A stretch of DNA of 62,669 nucleotides, counting the filler, from Diploschistes diacapsis (lineage: Eukaryota): assembly GCA_023645945.1 (NCBI GenBank). It is 16 parts of 16 records of this genome, joined end to end, with 100 filler letters (N's around TTAATTAATTAA, not from the genome) between each part and the next. Parts side by side here need not be neighbours in the genome. Positions count along the whole stretch, not along the records: positions 1 to 20,962 come from JALAIB010000320.1; 15 more parts are not named here. One strand, 5' to 3'. The position numbers were made by a program, and so were the translations under genes. The notes below the pieces were generated by a model that worked only from the letters and a program-made list of their open reading frames with translations, was not told the DNA's origin and did no database searches. Positions 1-9,957 of the stretch are shown here, in pieces; within the stretch, counting starts at the first letter, position 1, and each line of letters begins with the position of its first letter.

Positions 1-981
1 CGCCTCGCCCTCCCCGTCAATAAACCCCATCACTAAACACCGATAGCCCGGCTCATTGCTCCCCGAGTGCGCAAACACGTTCCGGCCGCGCGGCGCCCTC
101 CAGCCATGCGCCATTCCGTCCCGCACCTCTTCCAGCATCCGCCGCGCCAGCTCCCTGCTCAGAAAAGGCTGGTTTGCCCCCCTCCCCCCTCGCGCTGCCT
201 CGCGCACGGCGTTCACGAGGCGCATCAGGTCCGAGGGCGTCGTCCACAGGCCCGCCGCGGCCTGCTCGGGCTGCACGTGGTAGCCGTGCTCGACCGGCAG
301 CGTGCCGGTCCAGAACGGCGGCGCGACCTTGTGCCCCTGATCTTCCGGGCGCGGCGAGAAGGTGCTGTGGGTCATGCGCAGGGGGGCGAGAACGAGGGAG
401 CGTACGATGTCGGCGTAGGGTTCCTGGAAGATGTTTTGCAGGATGAGTTGCAGGACGCAGTAGGCGCCGCCGGAGTAGGAGGATTGTTGGCCCGGGAGGT
501 AGAGAGGGTGGATGCGGGGCGTGTTGGAGGGGGGTGTGCCGGCGAGGAGGGCTTGCAGGTCTGGGATGGATGTGGACGAGGATGGGGTTGTGTAGCCTGG
601 GAATCCGCCTTGTGAGAGGCCGGAGGTGTGAGAGAGGAGGTGCGAGATTGTGATGTGCGGCAGGAGTTTGGGGTGGGAGGGGCTGGAGCAGAGGAGAGAG
701 GTTTGGGCGGGGGTGAGGTGCTTTGTTATGGGATCGGAGAGGGAGAGGCGGCCGGCTTGGATGGCTCGGAAGGCGGTGGTTGCGGCGAGGGGCTTGGAGA
801 TGCTGCAGGCTTGGAAGAGGGTGTGCGTTTCGCAATTAAGCGTTATGGTGGAAATATCAGGAGCGACGTGGAGTAGGGCGATGGAGAAGGTGGACGTATT
901 GAAGTGGGTTTCAAGAAGGGAGATAAGGGAACAGCCCTGGCCCTTTAGAATATGTCTGAAGTCTTCGAGTAGGGTGTCCAT
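1..981 (-). CDS. Beta-lactamase family (class C/AmpC-like) serine hydrolase, 3' truncated at window/contig start
   Basis: Manual translation from ATG at 981 (MDTLLEDFRH...) stays open to position 1, so it is absent from the ORF track (no stop). Motifs: TLFQACSISKP (SxxK), LLSHTSGL, PGQQSSYSGG, AAAGLWTTPSDL, FAHSGSNEPGY. Confidence 0.9.
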   Translation of the reverse strand, partial: MDTLLEDFRHILKGQGCSLISLLETHFNTSTFSIALLHVAPDISTITLNCETHTLFQACSISKPLAATTAFRAIQAGRLSLSDPITKHLTPAQTSLLCSSPSHPKLLPHITISHLLSHTSGLSQGGFPGYTTPSSSTSIPDLQALLAGTPPSNTPRIHPLYLPGQQSSYSGGAYCVLQLILQNIFQEPYADIVRSLVLAPLRMTHSTFSPRPEDQGHKVAPPFWTGTLPVEHGYHVQPEQAAAGLWTTPSDLMRLVNAVREAARGGRGANQPFLSRELARRMLEEVRDGMAHGWRAPRGRNVFAHSGSNEPGYRCLVMGFIDGEGEA

Positions 982-1265
982 TACTGCCAGTGCATGCCCA
1001 ACGACGGTAGTTCTATATTTCTCGGGGACACGCAAGCTGGTTCCAATGATTCAAGACTTCGTACATTGATAGAAAGATGAGAGTCCCTAAGAAGATCTGG
1101 TATGTGTCTTCAGACCGAAATGCTAAGAAAGGTTGGATCACGGTGCTGCTATATAAGACGTGACTCTCTTAGAAGAGTAACGATATCAGGCGAACTAGAG
1201 CGCAGCCACGCGTCGTCAGTTCCCCAATATCCCGTTTGAACGAAGATGCGTACGCGTAAGATGTC

Positions 1266-1635
1266 GCGTTTGACTCAGGAGCATTACCTCTCCGCTCACT
1301 CTCCACATAATGTGCTGTCAAGTAGTTTAGCTTATATCTAATTCCCATAGTAATTTATATGCCTTACATATACGAGCCACAGCTGACAAGAAGGTTATCC
1401 AGATATTAATAATTCATATAATCTGGATCTCATTTTTACTTTATAAACTTTAGAGCTCATTTCAGAGCTCAATATATCCCTTTTCAGGGTATCTGATACG
1501 AACGTATGTGGCTTGTGTCGAGAATTACTACTTAAGGAAATGTATATACAAATCTATGTGGGATTTACTTATCAGCCCTAGAGTATTTATATTATCGAGA
1601 GTGAGCCGAGCAGGTAATGCTCCTGAGTCAAATGC
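1266..1635. mobile_element. MITE / non-autonomous TIR element with ~40-bp TIRs and 8-bp TSD
   Basis: Left end GCGTTTGACTCAGGAGCATTACCTCTCCGCTCACTCTC; reverse complement of right end GCATTTGACTCAGGAGCATTACCTGCTCGGCTCACTCTC. AAGATGTC flanks both sides (1258-1265, 1636-1643). AT/TpA-rich interior. Confidence 0.85.
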
Positions 1636-2021
1636 AAGATGTCGGTAAATTTTTCGGTACATACTTGATAGCAATGATGAAGAAGCTCATATTCTTCTTG
1701 GCTTCCTCGTTGAGGCTCTAGAGTATTCTAACACAGGTCGATGCGTCAACCCGGTTCTTGCATGTAACTATGAAACGAATGCTTAAGAATAAGCCGAGGA
1801 GATATTGAACTAGGAGCATACTGTGAGATTGTGGCAAGAGAACTCTAGGGGTACATAAAATTTTGCTCATGAAGCGATACATCTTTTCCCTATGTACCTG
1901 CGCACAATAACCCACACCGTAACTATGCTATATACGCTCTATTACTTCCAATCTTTTCAACATATCTAGCGTGTTCTCCGGGTCGATGGAAATGTGTTGG
2001 GCAACGACCCCAGGAGGAGCC

Positions 2022-2675
2022 TTAACCGGAAACAGGGGCAGAGCAATCGACGCTCTCAATCTTAACACTCAAGTTCGGCACGCCACCAGCATAGTCGACA
2101 CCCGTTAGGGCAGAGTATGCGCTCTGATCGATGTCCAACGCGTCCTGCCCTGGCGCCATGCACTTCTCCGCAAGATTGGTCACTGACGTTTTGCAGTAGT
2201 TCCAGGCGCTGTTGTGGGGGCAGGCATCGATGATCATCACAGTGATAAATTTACCGACACCGGGCACTGGCTGGCTGTCCAACATCTCTCCGTTGAAGCC
2301 ACCTTGGTTGGTGACTTTGTAGCATGTGCCGCAAGGGGTATTGGCTTTGCAATTGGGCCCTTGGTAAGTGTTGTCAGCCACCTCGTTGCAATCGGTCGTG
2401 AGATCGGCAGGCAATGGTCCGCAACCATAGGTCGGGTTGAGGGAGAGATCCGGCGAGAGGTCTCCAACGGCGGCACCGTAGGTCGGAGCACCAAAACTTG
2501 CGAATGTCCCGCAGTTGGTGGTCTGTCCGGAAGAGACTTGGTTTGAATAGCTGTTGAACGTAGCAATCCCTGTGACGCCGGCCGGAGGAAGACTGGTAGG
2601 GCTTTGGCGCTTGAGGACGAGATTTGCATCAGTGACGGCGAGGCCAGCAAGGAGAAGGGCAACAAGAGACTGCAT
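2022..2675 (-). CDS. Secreted expansin-like / GH45-like double-psi beta-barrel protein
   Basis: Signal peptide MQSLVALLLAGLAVTDA, Kex2-like KR, Cys-rich. Motifs CGTCYKVT, ITVMIIDACP, ALDID and terminal VDC are typical of the expansin/GH45/barwin DPBB fold. Intronless, 217 aa. Confidence 0.75.
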   Translation of the reverse strand: MQSLVALLLAGLAVTDANLVLKRQSPTSLPPAGVTGIATFNSYSNQVSSGQTTNCGTFASFGAPTYGAAVGDLSPDLSLNPTYGCGPLPADLTTDCNEVADNTYQGPNCKANTPCGTCYKVTNQGGFNGEMLDSQPVPGVGKFITVMIIDACPHNSAWNYCKTSVTNLAEKCMAPGQDALDIDQSAYSALTGVDYAGGVPNLSVKIESVDCSAPVSG

Positions 2676-5072
2676 TTTGACTGGAATACCAAGATGGACA
2701 AGGCAGCAAAATATAAGCTGTGGAAGTAAGAAAATACTGATTTCACACGTAAGATAAATGTGTTAGGATCGAAAGATAATCTCTCTCCGAATTTGGGGAA
2801 TGTGCTGGGTACTGATGATACGAGAAAGAAGTAACGATCAGGGTAGTTTATATAATCTCTTTCTCCTTGAAGCAGCCATCGCAGCTCAACACCCATCGAG
2901 GCTACGTAGACACAGCAAAACACAAAATGATGGAGATCCAGCTTGTAACAGCTATAGTAGATGTTCGTAGGTAAGCGGCTTTTGGTGCTGCCAACAAGAG
3001 TACGGCTGATGATCTATACTCCTTTCTTGCGGCCAGGAGTTTTCGGACATGCCAAAGGCGCACCTAGCTAGGAAGTGCCGTTCTGCATAGGGCTCGAAGC
3101 AACGTCAATGAGTCTTATATAGATTGGTGACATGGTATGCATCCCAGGTATCGAGCGCAGTAAGCAACTAACGCAAGTTGCCCAAACGATATGAGGGAGT
3201 CGGAGACTGCTTCATTCCTTGACCGTTGGGAGGCGCTCCTCCGATCTTGGTGCTGTGGGCGTTGTAGGAACCGAGGAATACCAACACAGAAATCCACAGC
3301 TATGAATGATATCACAACGAGTTCAAAGGTCTGTCTGAGCATACTGCGACCCTCCTTGCTCATCTGCCCCAAACATAGTATTGTTGCCAACGCAATTTAG
3401 TGCACCATTGTGAAGTATCGTTTCTGTACCTGACTCTCACAGCCCTCATACAATTCAATATTTTCGTTTCGCAAGGGGGAGCTTATGTGACATTGGTTCC
3501 TGTATAGGTTGTCTCCGGTTTTGTGGGGGTTTTACCGCTTCGGGCCAACGGAGGCTCTGAGGAGGGCTTTAACTTGGAACACGCAACGTTGCGTTCGGCA
3601 CTCGACTCCTATAGAAAATAATGGTTTCGTGTGTCAATGATCGGTGACCTTGAGTCTCATTTCACCACGCCGATCCTCTGTTGCGCAATACAGGTTGAAG
3701 TACATGCAGATAGTCGAGACTGCGTCTCATCGTATAGATATCCTCCGAGTGAGTGTGCGGCCATCTGGCCCAGTTTTGCTGATCGCCCTTAGTTCAGATT
3801 AGATAGGTAACTCTAAAGGTGCTTCAAATATCATGCCATAGATACCACCTATATGGCGTCAACAGTCCCGGTTAAAGAGATGTCCAGCTTTTGCATTGTT
3901 TCAACATCCTACTCCCTTCGAAACGTCTTGCTTGTTTAACCGTGACTCTAGTTAGTGATGGGAAGACCGCCCGCATTATACTCATAAATTTAAACACGTC
4001 GTGATAGTTTAGTTGTTGAAGACTGTTGATAGTGTCCAGGTCGACGACAGGATCGTCCAGTTTCACTGACTCGGTGGTTTCACTTCTCCGATAGCCTGGA
4101 GAGCTTTGCTAAGACATGATTAAGCCTTTCTAAAATAGGCATTGCTCACGGATGATCTCTTCCAGCATCCTCCAATCTCGTATTTCATCTACGACGCTAT
4201 CTACGGATAATACCAGAACACTACCTTAGCCCTTCAGACCAAACATGTATCCCGGAGGCATGCCTTTCCCTAGCGGTGTACCCTTCATCACCTTCACAGC
4301 CATAATCATTTCCACCCTCCACATCGCCACCACCATGTAGACGCTGTACCCAACCCGTTTACAGGCCAGAGTCATTGGCACGCCGCCTCCACCACCATCA
4401 AGGAATGCCCAATAACTTCCTTTCCCACCATGCTGGACAAAAGAGACACAGAAACAAAAGACTAATACCCGTGTTGGGGTTGATATCGCGGAATCGAGCA
4501 TGAAAGCAAGAAACATTTCCCAGAACCGTCGTCGACGTGTAATTGCTGTGTAATTCCTGTCAGACGGCAAGATAATCTTCAAAATAAATACTTCCTTCCT
4601 ATGACCCGATGATTCTGTCGGCTATTTGGCCCTGACAGAGTCTTTCTTTAAGAAACTTCTGGCATTGACAGAGATTGGGCTTCTGGGGAGGTACATCAAT
4701 CTGTATTTCGGGATTTCTGTACCGTTTTCATGCTAATCACAATCGAATTAGCCTCGACCAACAAATCTTGGTAATTTTGCGAAGTGCGCTGGAGCAGCAA
4801 TTTATAGAGGCCAGAGAGTGCCAGGGACGAAGGAGCCATCTTTGAGACCACTAAAATTGAATATAGCAAGACGAGCAGCTACAAGGTTGGTCGGCGGTTG
4901 AGATGGCATGTAGTCAGTTCGGCCAAGGTCCGTTAGCCCTATCGGATCGGACTTAAGCTCAGGGCATGGACGGTAGTAAATGTCTATCTAAAGAATGATA
5001 GATTCTTTGAGCGAAGTGTTGTCGTGAACTTGTACATTTCCATCCTATGCTATGCATCTATCCAATCAAACC

Positions 5073-6603
5073 CTACAGATATTTCTTGGGCGCTGCCTCC
5101 CGCCTACGCTTGTAAAATATATAACCGCCTACCGAGGCAAACTGCAATCCGACCGCGAGTATAATCCACAACCCGATGCGAGGCCCGTGCGAATGGACAA
5201 CTGCGTACTAGTTAGCGCAGGGGTGGAAGGAACATTCTTGAGATGCTCACAGTGTCCAATGCGATCAGGCAGGGTTTCTATGATGTCATCATGCCTGGCC
5301 TTCAAGCCGGCGTGGAGATCTTGGAATTGCTTGCTATAGTCCTTCTGTTGGAAATCCTTGCGGAGGGCAGCAATGTCGCTCTCAAGACCGCTTAATTTAG
5401 ACTCTAGATTCCGAACCTGGTCGAAGCGAGCAAGTTTACTGTGCAGCTCTTCGATGCGACCCTGCATTGCCGCGGTCGACTTGATGTACTCGGCGAACAA
5501 ATTCTCAATGGTGTGCCCCTGAGCTTGGATTCTGTTGTGAAGATCTTCAAACTGTGCCTGTGAAGATTGATAGGAAGACGCAAGGGCGTCCTGCATCATT
5601 TCAGGAATCGACGCTGCCGACCCGGCCTTATCATCGGAGGTTCTTCCGCCCATGGGTTGCTGTGCCTGCCCTTGAGGAAGTGGCTGCTGTGTAGAAGATG
5701 AAAGACTGGTGGTAACGAATTTGAAGACCTCGAACGAATCAGGAGTCTCAGAAGAGGCGCCCGTGATCCCGAAGTAGTTGTCCGTAGGAAGGAGAATCGC
5801 GTCCGATCGGAAACAGAGCCGCTCGTCAACGGTTACCTCGAATCCTGTAGAGTCTTGCTTGAGTTGTAGTCTTGTTGGACGACCAAGATTGCGATAGGAA
5901 TACTCGCAGTGGCCGAAAGCTACTTGGTCGAGATGCTGGTGGTCTTTAAAAGAGGTGGTTCCGTCGTTTAGAAACCCACGAATTCCGCCGCTCTGTGGTA
6001 ATATCAGCAAGGCCGGTGTATATAGGGCATATGTGTGTTCTACCGGACCACCATGCATATCAACCACAATTACTAGTCCTTGAAACTTGTCCACAGTGTA
6101 CGCGCTGTTGCTGCCTATCTGAGCTTGATTCTCTTTGGTGTACCATATCTGCAAGTTGCCACCTCCGTGCTCGGGGCCTGTTGCTCTAAACTTGAGCATA
6201 GCGGTCCATTCTGGGCTCGTAACCCTATAGCGATCTCAGTACTTGTACTATCCAGCGTCGGCGGCGCAGTACTTCTCTTTGGCCCACAGGGCGCCTTGCT
6301 GATTTCCGGGGTATGGCGGTACTAGGACAACTTTATCAGATAGCTAAGCCAGCATTAGTACTTCTGTTGGATCCTAGGGTCGCAGCTGAACAGACAATTT
6401 CAGGAGTCACGCTGCCTCCAAGATTCCATCCCGGCAAAGTCACCTTATCTGCCGAGAGTCTGCAGGGTGTGACTTTAGCGAGCGCTGAATACTCATTAGG
6501 GGTTTCTGGCATACCCATGTGTATGTCCGAAGCTTGCGTGGTTGAGGATTGATTGTGCGGAACCCATCGCTGCAGCGAGGATGCCCCCAACGACAAACTT
6601 CAT
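5073..6603 (-). CDS. L-type (legume-like) lectin cargo receptor, Emp46/Emp47/ERGIC-53 family, multi-exon
   Basis: Spliced model: MKFVVGGILAAAMGSAQ signal peptide (ATG 6603), lectin domain (GNLQIWYT, FGHCEYSYRN, FGITGASSETPDSFEV), coiled coil, TM helix, cytosolic tail ...AAPKKYL* (KKxx ER-retrieval motif; stop 5073-5075). About 5 short introns. Confidence 0.9.
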
Positions 6604-7222
6604 GGCGGCCCGCAGCGGCAAAGCGCCGCAGTGAAATAAAGGACGATTGGATAGAGGCTGAATGGCTGACGACGGGTGATGGTATCTTGTCGTCGACTCG
6701 GTATTCTGAGGCTAGAGTAGAAGTAGTTCAGGTTTTGGAGGATGGGGATGATGATGATCTCCAAGAAGAGGCAATGGTCCGCACGATGCTTGTTGTAGTC
6801 CAGCCGACAACGATAGCAACAACACAAAAGCGAATGTCTTTCACGACCTCCAAGACAGATTGGCCAAAGTGGATGTTATGGCTGATCACAAACTTTGAAA
6901 AGTCCACGGCGTGCCTCGTAGCAAGCTCGGGGCAGTCCATCTTGCAAAGGGACAAACTCTCATACCCTCGTACCTAATTTACGTCGTACCCAGACTTTTC
7001 CAAGCAATCGTGGCTTCAACACGCCAAGCCAGATCGACAGGGCTATATGTACATAAGCTCTATCTCTCTACTTGTGGCTGTAACCTCAAATTCCGCTAGA
7101 ATACATCATTACGAGTATATATATACCTTCTCAGTGCGGCCCGAATCCCTCGACCATTCTATTCGTCCTTGGATGCCGCAAGGGGATGGCTTGATAAATA
7201 ACGAGCTGTTCCTCCAGCATCT

Positions 7223-8983
7223 ATGGCCGACCGTTTCCCTTCAATTGGTCAATGTGCGGCCGCTGCCGCAGCGTTCAAGATCCTGTTGTTCCCGGCATAG
7301 CAAGTAACCTTCCTATAACACTGATCACGTCGTTAATGCCTGCTAAGTAAATCAACCGACTTCGAAGTCCATAGAAACTGGCTAGCTATCACACATTCTC
7401 TTCCTGTCAAAGCATGGTACCACGAGGTAGCGCTCTCCTAACTATACTTCCAAGCCACGCTGCCTGTGTCCCCAACCAAGGCTCACATTCGTTTAGCAAA
7501 CCTCGGAGTGGACACTTGACTACCCACCGTTCTTCGCCTACTTCGAATGGCTTCTATCTCAGCTTGCCGAGTTTGCTGACGCGAGGATGTTGAAGGTTCA
7601 AAATTTGGGCTACGATAGCTGGCAGACGGTATACTTCCAGCGATTCACGGTTATTGCATCTGAGCTGGTGCTGGTCTACTCGCTGAACAAGTGAGTAGAA
7701 TGGTGTGCATCCAGTGGAAGGTTGCTGACCGTCTAAGGTTCATACAATCTTCGCCCTTGGCAGATCAAAGGCTCTCTCATGCCGCAGCTTTATCAATACT
7801 TCTGTCCCCCGGCCTGTTGATCATTGACCATATCCACTTCCAGTATAATGGGTTCCTGTACGGTCTGCTTGTACTTTCCCTCGTGCTTGCCCGAAAGCAG
7901 TCGACTATGCTGTACAGTGGCATACTATTCGCTGTTCTGCTGTGCTTCAAGCATATCTATCTGTACCTCGCTCCCGCATACTTTGCTTACCTGCTTCGGG
8001 CTTTCTGCTTGAGCCAGAAGTCTATCTTCGAAATCCGCTATTGGAACTGTGTTAAGCTTGGAGCGAGTCTTGTGGTAATATTCGGCTTAGCATTTGGGCC
8101 GTATGCTGCTTGGGGTCAGCTTGACCAACTTTTTAGCCGGCTTTTCCCGTTCTCGAGAGGCCTCTGTCACGCTTACTGGGCTCCAAACGTCTGGGCAATG
8201 TACTCTTTCACTGACAGAGTACTCATATTCGGTGAGTGACGTATTCATTTCCCTGACAACCGGCTAATCTTGGAAAGTCGCGCCAAAGTTAGGCGTAGCC
8301 GTGGATCAAAGTGCATTGAACAGCGTGACCCGTGGGCTTGTGGGCGACACTTCGTTTGCGGTATTGCCTGAAATTACTCCAAGGGTGACTTTCGCCCTGA
8401 CTCTTTCATTCCAATTGGTATGTGTTCTGGAAAGCTCAAGCGCCCAAGCTGATTCGCCTAGCTTGGTCTGGTGAAACTGTTTCTAGAGCCAACATGGGAG
8501 ATCTTCATTGGTGCAGTTACACTATGCGGATATGCCTCGTTTCTTTTTGGCTGGCATGTTCACGAGAAAGCGATTTTGCTGGTAATCATCCCCTTTAGCC
8601 TCATTGCCTTGAAAGACCGCCGTTACTTGGGCGCTTTCCGTCCCCTCGCGGTCGCCGGCCATGTTTCCCTCTTCCCGTTGCTCTTCACAAACGCAGAATT
8701 TCCAATCAAGTCGATCTGCACTATCTTTTGGCTCGTCCTTTTCCTGCTGGCTTTTGACCGGCTTGCTCCTGCATCGCAGAAGCCCCGAGTATTCCTTCTT
8801 GATCGTTTCTCGCTGCTGTACATTGCAGCAGCCGTCCCGCTGATCTTATACTGTTCATTGGTGCACGGATTGGTTTTCGGGCTGAGGTATGAATTTTTGC
8901 CGCTCATGTTTATAAGCTCATACTCAGCCATCGGAGTCGTGGGCAGTTGGGTCGGCTTTCTAGTCGTTTATTTTACTGCATAG
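7223..8983 (+). CDS. ALG8: Dolichyl-P-Glc:Glc1Man9GlcNAc2-PP-dolichol alpha-1,3-glucosyltransferase
   Basis: Spliced peptides [75 protein letters not shown]. Five introns, the first GC-AG. Confidence 0.95.
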
Positions 8984-9957
8984 CTAGAGATACCCCCGGT
9001 GAGATTATAGCGAATCCATGTTCCATCACCTTTTATGAGCCATTCCCGCATCTCAAAACTACAACCACGAGACAGTATACAATCCATTGTCCCTTGGCTC
9101 CAGTAGCATCGCAACGGCGGACGGAAAGCTGATCAGAAGCACGTGGCAGGGTAGCCACGCTGTCTTTGATGCACGCAGACTACATGCCGTCATCATCTCC
9201 TTCCGCACTGTAGCCAGTCATGTACAGTATGTCGGGGCTGAGGTGAAGTGAGGGGGGCAATCGTATAGATAATCGAGACTATATTGAATGCTTGATTGTT
9301 CCTGGAGCTCATGATCATGAAAACAAGCTGTAAATGGTCTAGCGACATAGTCTTGTTTGCAGGCTTTCAAACGAGTCCATGCAAGTGGTGTTTGTGGGGG
9401 CGCGCAGTTGCTGTTGAGTTGCGAACAATGGGTGGTGTGTAGGAGAGGAGAAGAGCCGCCTGCGCAGAGACACTGCTGTTTTGGGGCGCTAAGCTATTTT
9501 CGGCCTGCAGAAGCTTTTCCTAGCCCCATTGACCAGGTTCCCACCTTGCAAAAGCTTCAACCTTGTCGTGAATCCCTTCTTTCTTCAGCATCATCCTCAC
9601 CAACCGTCCTCACCACCACCACCACCTCCCAAAACGCTTCTCCGAAGGTCATGCTTGCGCGACCCCTGAGGCCTCTCCCAAAAACGCGTCGTGCATCCAC
9701 ACAGGTATGTTGATATTGCAGCCATAAGGCATTCGCGACCGGTCTGTCCTCCCAGAGCTCACTTCTGCCCGGTTTCTCTGTCATTCCCATCTATAATGTA
9801 CATTTTCATCAAAGTTCTGTTCGTATCTGGCATCTTGATCGGGTTTTATCTGTTTTTGGCAATTACCCCTGCTCATCCTGGAATATTCGTTTACAGTCCT
9901 TGTGCCTTCACACCCGCCCACTGCGCACCGGCGCCCCTGAGCCGGAAGGGCCTTAGT

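Noticed and set aside
53..1069. ORF-track ORFs 53..835(-), 67..615(+), 650..1069(+)
   Set aside because: Shadow frames of the GC-rich beta-lactamase gene, whose real frame has no stop in the window.
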